Positions 40,191 through 54,270 of a stretch of DNA of 64,000 nt are shown here, one piece after another. How positions within the stretch are numbered: position 1 is the stretch's first letter; each line of letters opens with the position of its first letter. The translations under genes were made by a program, and so were the position numbers. The notes beneath the pieces are model-generated. The model ran no database searches, was not told the origin of the DNA, and saw only the letters and a program-made list of their open reading frames with translations. Source of the stretch: Lama glama. Its lineage: Eukaryota. The stretch is taken from the NCBI GenBank assembly GCA_028534125.1, contig CM052816.1, positions 23,314,001 to 23,378,000 of the forward strand, read 5' to 3'.

Positions 40191-42150
40191 AGACACAGAT
40201 AGTTTCTTCTCTTTAAAAAAAAAAAAACAATTAGGACTAGCATCTTGGAATTCAAAGAAAATTACCTATGGAACTTCATTATTTTCACAATGTAAATGAA
40301 GCATCTCAGTAATCTCAACATTCTCTAGAGTCATTACCATTTTCCAGTGAATGAAGGGTCAGAATTGGAAGACTGTGGCAAATGTAAAGCAACAACTCTG
40401 CTGAATCACTAGGTTATTTAGGAATTAAGGACACAAGTCTTTGTAACATACGGAAAAGTATTTTCTTCCCTATGAGTTTACAGTTTCTACGTTATTGCCA
40501 TGTAATAACTGGTAATATCCTGCATACTGTAATAGAACTGACTTACTAAGCATTTGCATTAAAAATAATACAGGTTATTTTAAGATTATTACATACTAAT
40601 CATTAAACAAAAAGAAACATGATGTCTAAACTGTTAATTTTCTGCAATACTCTTATTAAGGAAAACAAATGATACAGATGAATTTTTACTGAGATCAAGA
40701 CAGGGCCTTCTGACTATAACAAGATTATTAAAATTTGATGACAGATGATATTCAGATTTTTAAAAAATACTAAGACTTCTCAATACTTAAGAGACATGTA
40801 CCAACAAATTTATGCTTGAAAGTCATGATAGTATAATTGTGGAGAGAAAGTTGGCTCAGAGTAAAAGGAAGACAAACGGGCATTTTTTTTTAGTTACCTA
40901 GGCAAGAAGAACAAAAGGATAGCCAAGGCGGAAAAGATGTAAAAAGAATGTGTAAATAGTTTCATCTTAGTCACCACTCTCTCTAGCACCGAGAACCTCA
41001 TGCACTTTGGGAAATAGAGCAGGTGCTCCAAAATGTTAGAGAAATTTGAATAAATGAAAAAAATAGGGAGACGGAGAAGTGGAAAGTAGACCATCTGAAA
41101 TGAACCAATAAAAAATGAGGGAGAAGGACAAGTAAAGCAGCACAGTTCATACCGTCTGCTAAGGACGTTTCCAGACCTTTAGATATCAAAACTTAGAACC
41201 TGATGAGGATTATCACCCTTCTTCTGCCTGACACATCTGAGACGCAGACCACTGTAATGTACCCATAACCAACGCTCCGTGGCAAGGCTGAGAAAAATGC
41301 TGGGAAGCCAGCTTCCAATACACGCAGCAAATGCTCATAGGTTGATTCCTAGGAAGTTTAATGATTATTATAGTGGGATTAAATAATGAAATATCTAAGT
41401 TACAAAAATAACTATGATAGCGTCAGGCTTCTGAAATATGTATTTTTAATATATAATTTACAATTTTGATTAGTATGTAAAACTATGTCTCAAACATGTT
41501 CATTAATAACAGAGAGCTAGTCTGCCTGGGGCATCCCATTTTACACTTTGTCCAAGCACAATTATTCATTATGCCTCGAGTGCCTTAGTATGAATTACGG
41601 ATTATATGATTACCTAATCAATAGATGAACATCACAGGCCTTTTTATTGCAAAGCTATAGAGTCATGCCCTGGCCCTGTGTGACTTCCTTGGGTTTTCTT
41701 ATTTTCTTTGCTGGAAGCTCAAAGACGAGTACTGCATTTTCCTATATTCCAAGCTGGTGCCACACGATTCACCTCCTTTGACAATAGTTTTCCACATCCT
41801 TGTTTTTCTGCTCCACTGGGCAAGTGTTCAGATTTCACTCTAGTTTATATAGAACAGAAGTTCATCATTGGTAAAACAAGGGAAAAGAAATATCACATGC
41901 GGAGAACTTGCAAAGACTGCAGGAATGTAGTAAATCCTTACAGAATCCCCTTAAAATCTTATCACTGTTCTACTGTGCCATTGGGTATGAAAAGTGGAAA
42001 TCTCTTTGAATCTCTCTCTTAATTTCTACTCCTAACATTTTCTTTTCTCTTATTTTGCTTTCCCAGAGGACCACAGACTAAGATGGCCTCATTTTCTTCC
42101 AGTATATAAATCCCCCACTGATGTATAATAATGTGTATCTTTAGTCTGAA

Positions 42151-42556
42151 TGCGTTCGTTTCCTACTGATGCATGATTAATTACTTAAGTGATGCAGTGA
42201 CTGAAAGTAACCCCCATCATTAGTGCACAGTTCTACAGGTCAGAAGTCTGGGACGCCTTAACTCGGTTCTCTGATGGGGGTCTCACAAGGGCAAAATCAA
42301 GATGTCATCCAGGTGGGAATCTTATCCAAAGGCACCTGGGGAAGTACCAGCTTCCAAATGCATTTAGGTTGTTGGCACAATTCAGTTTCTCGCCTCTAAG
42401 GGAGAATATTAAGGTTAGATGTTCATATCTTAAGGTTAACTGAGGGACTATAATTACATCTGCCAAATCCCTTCCAGCTCCCTAGATTAGTGATTGACTC
42501 AATAACCAGGCAACGGGAACCTCAGCAGTGTCATCTTTAGAATTCTGTCCACCACA
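42151..42556 (-). mobile_element. MaLR LTR (MLT1 family)
   Basis: cagttctacaggtcagaagtc..gttgttggcacaattcagtt..tttagaattctgtccaccaca. TSD ctgaa/ttgaa. Confidence 0.8.
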
Positions 42557-43719
42557 TTGAATATATTCCATGTGCTTTTCTGAGAACATTCACATTAAAC
42601 ACTGGGCAGCACATCATAACAACATCTCTCACACAAATATGATGACTTGTGGGAATCCAAATCTGACACTAGTTTACATAAAATTATGTACAGGGAAAGC
42701 TGACACATTCTTTAATTCATTTGATAATCTCTAAAGAACATGTCCCACTAGAATGAGTGGGCAAGAACCCCCATTGTCATCCTTGAATCCATCACAGCCC
42801 TTGGCATAAGACTTGGAGTATGGTAAATACCCAATAAATGTATTTGAACAACCTTGAAGACATAATTACATTACCAATTCATTTAGAAAAGATTTATATA
42901 GGAAAAGTTAACTTCATTATTCGCCTAGTCCAAAGGATTACACGTTTCAAAATACTGAATATTAAACTCATATGATTTTTCAGTAGAAAAAATATAGTTC
43001 TAACCAAAGGTAGAGAGATGATCTCAATAATTTCTTTTAAGTATTTCCTTTAGGGGCCACAATGCAAGAGAAAATGCCACAACTGCTGTTTAATGAAAAT
43101 TAAGCTACTTTAAAAAATTGGTTTGATCTCTCCTTCTCACCCAATAAAAATGATTACTTCTGCTGAAATGTGGTTTGGAAAATGTATTCGTATTCGGAAA
43201 AGGAAGTGTCTGGAGGTTCTCACATGTACAGTGTCAACATAAAAGGGTTATTAAAGTGTGTTTTAGTCTCTGAATATGTTTCCTTTTTGGCGATTGCTTC
43301 CTATGTGGTCTGTAGGCCTGTTTGACAGTTTGCATGTACATAAAATCAGAATTATTCAGAAGTGTACAGAAGAAGAATAAGCCATCATTCCAACCTGCTA
43401 AAAGACAGAAAAAAAAAAGTGTATTAACAATCCTGAAGCAACAGAATGCAGGGAGCATCAAAGCATCCCAGAATTGGAAATCTGGCGGTGAAGAGAGCAC
43501 AGCCTCTCTTACCAACTTGTATTAGAAAATATTCATAGCTGGGAACTCATATTGATCAACATGTACCTCTGCCAACTCTAAGTTTTCTATACTGTAGAGT
43601 TCTTAAAAGGTTTTATGAAACACGCACACATGTCATCAATGACTATCATCAATCACTGCCAGGTTATGGCAGAATTTCTGAGTGCTCTGCAGAAACCTGG
43701 GCTTCCATTGTATCTTTCC

Positions 43720-44825
43720 GGTGGGTCTCTGAAAATCTTTGAAAGAGGTCCACAGAGTCAGAACTGTCAACCTTTGCACTGATGGTACAAAAGAAATAGC
43801 AGGCAAAACTGCCTTTGCTGTCAGTCATTTTATTTTCCACTGATACGCATTCCCAGAAGGAAAAATGGCATATTAACTCTTAAATGTCCTAGATAAAGCA
43901 GTAATATGTATTAACTTCATTAAATCTGAACTCTTCAGTACATGTATTTTAAAATATTTTATGTAACAAAAAGGAAGTATGCATAAAGCATTTATGCTAC
44001 AGACTAAAATATGCTGTTGTCTCTAAAAAAAGTACTGTGAGATTGAGTTCTGAGCTGAACTCACTGTGCTTTTCATTGAACACCATTTTTACTTAAAAGA
44101 ATGTCTGACAGACAAACAATGGTTATTCAGATTTGGGAATCTGGCTAACACTTACTCAAAAATGAACAAAGTGAACCTGTCAAGGAAATCAACTGATGGT
44201 ACTTTTTTTTTGCCAAAGATAAAATTCAAGCTTTCAAGTGAAATTAGAATATTGGAAAACTTTTATCCGCCAGTATACACTTGGCAGCTTCCCAAAACTT
44301 GAAAGACTTTTTCTGATGAGACAGATGGTGATATTGACAAATATGATTTTTATATATATTGTACAGTGAAATGTGTCAACATTTAGAAGACTGACCTAAT
44401 TTAGTGAACCAATGTTTTCCAACTGACCAATCAACGCTGTTCTAAAAAACCCATGCAGAGTTAAAACATCTACTTAGAGTGTGAGAAAAGTGTGAGATAT
44501 ACCAACAGTTATTAATGTAACAGAGTATAAATAAAAGTTTACTGATAAGGGTTCAGAGTCTACATTGCAACAATATACTAACTGTTAAGACATTACCACT
44601 GAGTTTTAGAATACTTTCAAATAAGAATATTCAAAATAATCTGAAAATACTCATCCACTTTCCAACTACACATCTTTATAAGGCTAGATTTTCCTCATAC
44701 ATTTAAACCAAAATAACAAATAGCAACACTTAACATGCAAAAGCAGAGATAAAATCCCTGCTGCATTCTACAAGCCAGATACAAAGATATTTGCAAACAT
44801 CTAAAACAAATCCATGTCTTCTCAC
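43720..44825 (+). mobile_element. Charlie1-family hAT DNA transposon; terminal piece resumes at ~46550-46593 after an L1 insertion
   Basis: ORF 44066..44302 (EHHFYLKE.LTDK.WLFR.G.LA) is a Charlie transposase remnant. End motif ttgagacactg at ~46582-46593. Confidence 0.75.
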
Positions 44826-44944
44826 TGTTGAGAAGTGAGAAATACAGAGGTGGCACTGATGTGCTGGCTGTCTCTAGGCATTTGCCAAACTCGAATGCAA
44901 AGGTGTTCAGCTTTAGCCACCACACTGAGATAAAGACAGTGCCT

Positions 44945-46549
44945 TGTCATCCAGACTGGAAGGGAAGATGTAAAACTGTCACTATGTGCAGGTGACATGA
45001 TATTATATATAGAAAGCCCTAATGACTCCTCCAAAAAAAAAATACTAGCACTGATAAATGAATTCAGTAAAGTTTGGGGATATAAAATTAATATACATAA
45101 ATCTGTTGCATTTATATACACTGATAATAAACTATCAGAAAGAGAAATGAAGCAAACAATCTTATTTACAATCTCATCAGAAAGAATAAAATAAGTAGAA
45201 ATAAATTTAACCAAAGAGGTAAAAGACCTATACTCTGAAAACTGTAAGACACTGAGGAAAGATATTGAAGATGACACAAATAGATGGAAAGATATACTGT
45301 ATTCATGGATTAGAAGAATTAATGTTGTTAAAAATGACCATTCTACCCAAAGCAATCTACAGACTTAGTGCAATCCCTATGAAAATGCCCATCGCATTGT
45401 TCACAGAACTAGACCAAACAATCCTAAAATTTATATGAAACCACAAAAGACCTGGAATAGCCAAAACAACCTTAAGAAAGAAGAACAAAGCTGGAGTTTC
45501 ACATGTCCTGATTTCAATCTACACTATAAAACTATAGTAATCAAAACAGCATGGTACTGGCACAAAAACAGACACACAGACCAACAGAACATAACAGAGA
45601 GCCCAGAAATAAACACATGCTTAATAAACAAACCAACCAACCAACCCATGCTTATATGGTCCGCTGATCTATGACAAAGGAGGCAAAAAAATACAATAGG
45701 AAAAAGATCATTTCTTCAACAAGTGGTGTTGGGAAAACAGGACAGCTACATGCAAAAGAATGAAACTGGACCACTTTCTTACACCATACACAAAAATAGA
45801 CTCAAAGTAGACTAAAGCCTTAAATGTAAGATCCAAAACCATACTCCTAGAAGAAAACATGGACAGTAAGGTCTCTGACAGTGCTCTATGACATTTGACA
45901 TAGGAATATTTTTCTGAATCTGTCTCTTCAGGCAAAGGAACAAAAGCAAAAATAAACAAATGAGACTAAATCAGGCGATCATTATTTACAATAGCCTAGA
46001 TATGGAAGCAACCTCAGTGTCCACGAATAGATGAATGGAATAAGAAAAAGTGATATACACACACACAGTATATATACAATGAAATATATACACTGTATGT
46101 TTATATAATGGAATATTACTCAGCCATAAAAAGAATGAAATCATGCCATTTGTGACAACATATATGAACACGGAAGGTACTGTGTTAAGTGAAATGAGTC
46201 AGACAGAGAAAGACAAGTACCATATGATTTCATTTATATGTATAATCTTAAAAACAAAACAGAAGAACAAACATAAAAAAAACAGAAACAGACTCATAGA
46301 GAGAACTGGTGGTTGACAGAGGAGTGGAAGGCAGAAGGGTGGGTGAAATTGGCAAAGGGGACTGAAAGGTATAAATATCCAGTTACAAGTTATAAAATGT
46401 ATTGCATGGGGAATATAGTTAGTAATATTGTAATAACTTTGCAGAGCGAAGGATTTATTGTGGTGAACACTTTATAATGTATAAAAATATCAAATCACTA
46501 CATTTTACACCTAAAACAATTACAATAAGTCAGTTATATCTCAATAAAA
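44945..46549 (+). mobile_element. 5'-truncated L1 (L1MA-like): ORF2 RT/C-terminal region and 3' UTR
   Basis: LSL-CAGD-MILYIE (decayed FADD), [28 protein letters not shown]. 3' end tatatctcaataaaaa. Frameshifts and stops. Confidence 0.92.
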
Positions 46550-46949
46550 ACCCTTATTTTATTAATATATGAAAAGATAACCTTGAGACACTGCTCAAGG
46601 TATGGCCTTGGAACTGAAAATTCTATTCAAAGCTATCTCTATATACAGTGAAAGGATACCATCTCCTCTTCCCTCCACACAAATTGTTAAACTCAGTGAC
46701 ACAGTAGGTTAGAAAAACCAACTGCTCCTTGGCAAAAGTTAATGGCATAAAAACCTGTCTATTTTCACCAAGACTCTGTTTACAAAAAAAAAAAAAAAAA
46801 AGCTTCCCTGATAGGTAATATTCATCCAATCGGAATATCTACCTTACATTACCTGCATGGTCCAAGAATACTAACTGAAGAAATTTACTTAAATACCCTT
46901 AAGGTATTTGTGAATAAAAAATTCTATCTTGGGAGAGGTGTCTTCTTCT

Positions 46950-48240
46950 CCAGGCCACAGAGTATTCCCTCAGATGAAAAGAATCTCAAGAAATAAGCGA
47001 TCAAATACAAAACTATATAACCTATGAGTGACAAGTCACCATGAACAGGATTCAGAAAAATCAACAAATAATACTAGAACCACAAGAACTTCAATAATAG
47101 AATTATTAGTTATTGATTGTTCAGAAGCACACTTGAAATGCTTTAGATCTAAAAGAAGAGACTGAAGACATGAGAAATGATCAATATATTATACAAATGC
47201 CCTGGCACATGAAGGAAAAAGTCAAATGGAATGTCTAGAAATAAGACTTACTGAAATAAAATTCTTGATAAATAAAGAGATTAAATGGCATATTAAGAAA
47301 ATAGAGAATTACCATAAACTGAGACATACAGCTGAAAAAACTTAACTGGAGCACAGCACAGAAAGACAGAAATGGATATGAGGAAAGAATAAAAGACATG
47401 GAAATCAAAACAAGCAGCATAATTTTGTTAGGATAGAAAGAATGGGGGTAAATAACCATATTTAAAGAGATACTGTTAAGAGAATTCTCCACAATAAATA
47501 AAAGACCCGAACCTTCAGATTCAGGAAGCACGATGAATATAATGTAAGATAAAAAGAAATAAGGAACTAGACATTTTGGATGGATGGATGGATGGATGAT
47601 AGCAGGCAGGCAGGCAGGCAAAAGAAAAAAAAAAGGACAGAGAGGAGGGAGGGAGAAAGGACATTTATTGCTGTGAACAAGAACAAGAAATTAAAAAAGA
47701 TCTTAGAGCACGGTAGCTCACATTAAAAGGAGTTCAGACTGAGAGCTGAATTCTCAAGAGCAACAATGGATGCCAGAAGGCAGGTGAGCTAGATCTATAA
47801 TGTGCTGAAAGAAAAGAAAACAAAACAATGTACCCGGATTGCTAAGGTTCGACACTTAGTTAAAATCCTTTTCAAGGAAGAGAATGAAATTAAAACATTT
47901 TCAGACTAGCAAAAACTTAAAGGTCTGGCAACAGCAGATCTTTCCTAGAGGAAATTTGAGGTCTAGCATCAATCACTTCAGTTAGCAGGAGAGTACGATC
48001 AGAAGAAAGACCAGAGGAAGAAAGAATGACAACTAATAAAACTATAAGTAGGTGGACAAAGCCAATGAATCATTATCTATAGAAAACCATAAAAACATCT
48101 TGTGGGTTTTAAAAATGAAATGAAATTCTTCTAAATGACAATATGCTACAATCAAGGCAGAGTGTGGGAAGTGTTCTAAGGATTATGTATTCTTAACTTC
48201 AGACTTTGTTAAGTTATGTACACGTTTAAACTTCTAGGAT
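46950..48240 (+). mobile_element. Ancient L1 ORF1 / HAL1-like remnant
   Basis: cagactgagagctgaattctcaagagcaacaatggatgccagaaggcag corresponds to the ORF1 RL..DFS.ATMDARRQ motif. Confidence 0.65.
47578..47620 (+). repeat. Compound (GGAT)n/(GGCA)n microsatellite
   Basis: ggatggatggatggatggat ... gcaggcaggcaggcaggca. Confidence 0.9.
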
Positions 48241-48776
48241 AAATCTTCTCAGGCTCACATGCTGAGTTCTCATCTGCTAACTGAAAATGAAAATGTTGAA
48301 ATTCTTCATAGCTTGAGGCTTAATACTTTATCATCTCTATGCTCTCCCAGAAGGTGGTCTTTTCCAGTTAAACACCACAGGTACACACTGTGCTTTCTTC
48401 ATTCATCAGAAACCGATCAATTAATTTACTCTTGACTGATGACTACTAATGTTTTATTAAATGCCTTTAGTGCACAGAAGTATATGCCCAAGAACGGAAT
48501 CAGTGGTCACAGGTTATATATATGCCAGCTTTAGTAGATACTGCCAAAAGTTTTCTAAAGTGATTAAACCAATTTACATTCCTTCCAGAAGCGTACAAGT
48601 GTTCCATAGATTCACATTCTTCCCATCACTTGATAACTCAGACATTTAATTTTATCAGTCTTATTGGTAGAAATCTTTCAATCTGAATGTGTTTCCCTTA
48701 TTGCTAATTAGGTTGTTATCTTTCCTTTTTCTAAAGAGTCACCCTTCTGAAAATGGCTGTTAATATTTTTATCCTA

Positions 48777-49604
48777 TATTAGTCCCCACTAATCCATTAG
48801 GGAAATGTTTTAAGATCCTCAGTGGATGCCTGAACCACAACTAGGACCAAACCCCAAATATACAATGTTTTCCCTATACTTACATACCTACGATAAAGTT
48901 CAGTTTATAAATTAGGCACTGTTAAGAGATTAAACAATAACAACTAATAATAAAATAGAAAAATTATAACAATGTACTGTAATGAAAGTTATGCAAATAT
49001 GGTCTCTCTCTCAAAATATCTTATTGCACAATTTTAATGCCTATTTCATCTTAACTAAGCACTTATTATGCTCTGTGGACATCACTTTTGCAGTTTGAGG
49101 TGAGACAGCAAAGCTAGCATAAATTTCTTTTTCCTTTTGCACAATTTCATGGATAGAAGACTCGTTCTTACCGGAGATCTTAGCAACCTTAGTATATGAT
49201 TTTTTCTTTTCTTATCAATTCCAGAACTTTCACCTTTTCACCTCAAGGAAGCACTTTACAGCTACTCTTTGGCATATCCGTAATGCCAGCATCACCACTT
49301 CTGCGTTTTGAGGCCAGTTATTAAGCAAAACAGGGTAAACTGAACACAAGTACTGCAATACTGCAAGAGTAGACCTGATAACCAAGCTGGCTAATAAGGG
49401 ACATACCTGGAGGAAGGCATGATTCACTTCCTAGGTGGGACGGAGCAGGTGGCGCGAGATTCCATCGCGCTACTCAGAACAGTATGCAATTTGAAACTCA
49501 TGAATTGTTTATTTCTGATATTTTCCATTTAATATTTTAGACCTCGGATGACCTCAAGTCATTTAAACTGCAGAAAGTGAGACCCCGGATAAGGGGGACT
49601 GCTG
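48777..49604 (-). mobile_element. MER44 (Tigger7-derived) Tc1/mariner-superfamily DNA transposon
   Basis: TIRs tattagtccccactaatcc / ggataagggggactgctg flanked by TA on both sides. The minus strand matches the recalled MER44 5' end. Confidence 0.85.
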
Positions 49605-49609
49605 TATCT

Positions 49610-51450
49610 GGCATGTCTATCTGCTTACTTGTTTCCTACTGATTTACTGTTGTTTTTATATTCTGGGTTCCAATACTGTGTTGGTTACACGTGTTGCAAG
49701 TACTATATATCATTAATTCAAAACTATATATCATTAATTCAAAGATTCACATTATTTCATGCTGGGTGTGATACATCTTAAAATAATTAATGTCTTACAA
49801 TTAGAATTTACCATTTTTTCACTTTACAAAAAACCAAACATAGGCTATTGCTGTCTTAAAATCAATGACAATGAAGGCATCTTAAAATCCATGAAATATG
49901 GTATCTTCTCCCTGACAGAATTTTGGTTTTCTCCTCTACTGTCAATATATATTTGGAGAGACAGAAATTTTCAATATGAATCCAATTGAAATCATTAAGC
50001 ATTGCCCTTTATGATTAGCATCTTTTTTTCCTTTTTAAGAAATCTGTCTCTCCGTCAAAAATAGACAATTATTGTTCTCTATTTTCTTTTTTAAATTTAA
50101 AAAAGTTTAAACCATATGGGATTCATTTCAACTTTTCTCCATGTGAATGACTACCCTAACATCACGTTCTTCCTCTTTCAGTGCTCTGCCTTGTTTATCC
50201 TTCCCCACATATGTGCATCTGCAATGTCATATATATTATGAACCATATCCTTGTATCTGACAGAGCAGATTCCCTGTCCATATGCTTTCTTCACGAGTCC
50301 CTTGGCAATTCTTAGCCCTACACTCCTCCCTGTATCATTTACAGTCAGCCAATTTTCCTCCCAAATTCCTGTTAGAATTTTTATAGAAATATGCGACATC
50401 AGTAGATCAATTGGAAGGGAATAGACATTTGTATCATCTTTAGCCTTTCAGACCATAAGTATAGTTTATTTTTTCATTGAGTTAGGTCTTTTTCATTGAA
50501 TTGCAAGACAGCTCAATAATTTTCTCCATATGTCTCATGTATTTGTTATTACATATGTTCCAAAAAATTTTATATTTTATATATCTGATAGAATTTTAAA
50601 TAAAATGTGTCACTGCCAATTGGTATATAAAATGGAATTAGTATATAAAATGCAATCAGTTACTGAATACTGATATGCTGTCTAACCACCTGACTCTCCC
50701 GTTAATTTTAAGAATTTTATTCCACCTTCTCTCTTTTAAAAAAAAATGTAGACAATCATAACATCCACCTCATTTTAAGGTCTAAAATTTCCAGTGTATC
50801 ATTGGACAGAAATAGTGATAATGGAGTCCTCTTCTTGTTTCTGATTTCAAAAGGGACACTTCCAATGCTTCACTATTTCAAAAAAGATATTTATGTAATT
50901 TTTATAAATATCTTTAACGTGGTTGATAAAGTTCCTACTTTGTCCTACTTTGCCAAAAGTTTTTATCATGACTATGTTTTGAATTGCCTGGGAAATATTT
51001 TCTTTATCTGTTGTGATCATCATATGGTTTTTATCTTTAATTGGATTACATTACTATATTTTAAGATTTTTCTAATATTAAACTACCCATGCCTTTCTGG
51101 AAGAAATTTCAAATAAAACAACCCTACTTGGTTATTTAAAAATACATTGTGAGATAATATCTGCTAATATTTGGTTAAGAATTCTTCCATTTCTTTCCTG
51201 AGAATAGCTTATTGTTTTTCCTTCTTACACTGTCCTCTTTAGGGTTTGGTAAGATATTTATATGGTTTTAATTCACCCTTTTCTATTCTCTAAAATAGCT
51301 TGTATAACAATGGAATGATCAGCTCTTTGGAATTTTAGTAAAAATCATCAGGGCTTCACATTTTCTTGGAAAGATTTTAAAGAACTGATTGGATTTCCTA
51401 GATTGTTAGTGGATGATATGGGCAATTTTTTTGTCTAGTCTCTCAGCGAG
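49610..51450 (-). mobile_element. Ancient L1M ORF2 remnants (continuing those at ~48440-48775)
   Basis: cttcttgtttctgatttcaaaggga, tagatcaattggaagggaatagacatt and similar reverse L1 motifs. Confidence 0.6.
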
Positions 51451-51685
51451 AAATGGTCAACTATAATTAATCAGTTTGTGAGCACAGCCCCAGTTTGTAG
51501 CTCTGTATATGTATTTATATACCATGATCGAAATTTCATTTTTTTCATGTAATCCCAAGCCCTACATCATTTCTTAAAACTAATTCTAAAGCTAGAATTC
51601 TTGACCCCACAATCTAAAGATTTAAGAATACCCATGTTTCCTTATTCTCTGTAAGTTGTGGGAGGGAGTAATTAATTATCATAAA

Positions 51686-52217
51686 GTATATTATTTTTCT
51701 ATGGTATCAAATTACCACAAATTTAGTGGCTTAAAACACCCCAAAAATATTATCTTCCAACTCAACATTAGAAATTGACCCAGATCTCATTGGCTTAAAA
51801 TCTATGTACCACAAGGCTGACTGCGCTCCTTTCTGGAGGCTGTAGGGGACAATCCATTTCCTTGCTTTTTCCAGGTTCTAGATATTCCTTTACCTGGAGC
51901 TCCCTGTCTCCATCTTCAAAACCAGTCACGACAAGTGAACCCTTCTCACGTCACGTCTCTCTGTGCCTTTCTTCACTAATCACATCTCTCTTGGACTGAG
52001 CTCCTCAGCCTCCCTCTTCCAACTTTGAAGGACGCTTGTGATAACACTGGGCATACCAGACTGCGTATGATCATCCCTCTATTTCAGAGTCAGTTGGTTG
52101 GTAACCTTAATTCCATCTGCAGACTTCATTCCCCTTTACTATGTAACCTAACATATTCTCAGGTTCCAGGTCCATTAGCACATGGACATCCTTGGGGACC
52201 TTTATTCTGCCTGCCAC
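51686..52217 (-). mobile_element. MaLR LTR (MLT1D-like)
   Basis: aaattaccacaaatttagtggcttaaaacac..tccatttccttgc..catggacatccttgggg..ttattctgcctgccac. Confidence 0.85.
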
Positions 52218-53869
52218 TGAAAGTAGCAACTGCACTAGCAATACTGATAGTAAGAGCTGTGACTTGTATCTGGAATGATACTTAATTTTTCTCAAAATTT
52301 AAGGATACAACCATAGTTCATCCAATCAAAGATTTAAAAACTGACTTAAACTATGATGCAATTCTAATAGGCCACTGATTACAGAATTAATCTCAATTTC
52401 AGGAATGTTAAAAGGTAAACACACATATGTTTTAGAATCGATATTTTGTTGATTAAAATGTTTAGTATCATTTTCTTCTAGTATCTATTTACCTACCTAC
52501 TAACTACCTAAGACAACAGCAAAGAGTGTGTCTGAGGAGGTGGTAAGACACCTTTTGCTTTTTTATCCTCCAAACAGCTTTTCAAACATAAGCTTGCTAC
52601 ATAGGTACAACTTATCAACTGAAGCATTTCTAATATCCCATAACAGTGATACAGCCTGACATATAAAATGCACATGTCTTTTGCATCGGCAAATCAGCAA
52701 CATACGCTATTGTTTCAGAGTTAAAATGCTGGTAAATAAAAGTTATTCCCATGATTATGTTTGCCATTTCTTTATATATTTTAATTTATGCAATTTTATT
52801 CTAAAACTTCATTCAAAGATATTTTTGTCACCTTCAGTTTTCAACTAGAAACCTTGTCCTCAGAAAAACCATCGTGCTATAAAGGACAGCTGCCTCTCGT
52901 TACACTGAGATCTGAGGCAGAGGCTAGTGCCCCATGGCACTCGCTAACAGTGGTGCTGGACAAATCTGTAACCTCTCTGCGTGGAGTGAAAGGATGTGAC
53001 AGCAACCAGTGCATACTGAGTGCCAATTCAAAACTGGCCGCCCTGATCAATAACATAGCCTCTATTTCAAAGGTGAGGAATTCAAACCTTCATGGTGTTA
53101 AAAAATGCGCCCACACTTATGTAGGTAAAAAACAGCAGAGCAGTGATTTAAATCTAGATGTGACTTCAGAAGTCATGCTCTGTTCTCTCTCAGAGTTTTC
53201 TTCATCTGTAAAGTAGTAATGATAACAAAAAGAGTTCAGGTTATGAAGAAATCAAATGAGAAACTGTCCATGAAAGGCTGGCTCAAATCACTATGCAAAG
53301 TATAAGACTTACTTACCATTGCTTTTAAAATGGAGGCATTTCTCTTCATTTATAATTCAAGTTACTAATATCAATTGAAAGCTTTTCACTGCTGTCTTTC
53401 CCCTCTCATTATACCTAGCAGAGTAGGGGAAACTGTCACGGTAAAGTTATCATTCAGGCCCATATTATCCAAACTAATACATACTAAATCCACTTCTTTC
53501 CTTTCTCCTTCCTCTCTTTCAGTATTTTCATTATAGTAGCCAATATGAAATGTATCAGTGGCAGATAAGAGAACAAAGAAGGTATATCTGGATTTAAGAA
53601 AAACATCTGACAAAAATACAACCCATAATATCACATGAGGAGGTTTGAAAATGTCTGTCAACAGACATTTTATTGATTTATGCCCTAAGTCTCTTTTGTT
53701 TTGTTACGCTAGAGCTTGAGAGCTATGAAGACGATCAGTAGGCTACACACATTTATTTAATTTGGGGACAAACCACAGAGTAGTTTGGCAGCACCCTCTT
53801 AGAGAGTGGAAATTATTAATATTGCCCCATATTCTTCTTTTCGTATACATTAGACTACAAGTATCAGGA

Positions 53870-54270
53870 AAGATCTATGCCTTAATGCTGCAAGTTACAG
53901 AAATAAAAACCTTACATTGGTTGACATGTAAGGATATTTACTGGCTTCCACATTCAGAAGCCCAGAGGTTAGACTGGGTCCCAGGTTGAAGGATGCAGTG
54001 AATCAACAATGTCACTGAGGAGAAAGGCACCTCTCCATCTCTCCATTCTGCAGTGTACGAGGCCAGATTCATCCCAAGGCCAGTTTTCTGTGTGATTATA
54101 GTGAGCAGAGTTGAATCCTTCCCTTGTTTATATGCAGTGGAGACAGATATGAGCAAACTTCAACCATGCAAAATGTTCTTTTCCTCACTTTCATGAGGCA
54201 GACACAGGTCACAGGCCACATGTCCTAACCATGACAATGCCATATGCTGACTGGTTTAGGTCTGAGATCC
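53870..54270 (-). mobile_element. Old MaLR LTR (MLT1J/K-like)
   Basis: gctgcaagttacagaaa..tcaacaatgtcactgagg..ggtcacagg. Confidence 0.55.

Noticed and set aside
44822..45355. Longest ORF (177 aa, minus strand)
   Set aside because: It is the antisense of L1 ORF2, a common spurious hydrophobic ORF.
52788..53216. 142-aa plus-strand ORF
   Set aside because: It runs through MIR fragments and has no protein motif.
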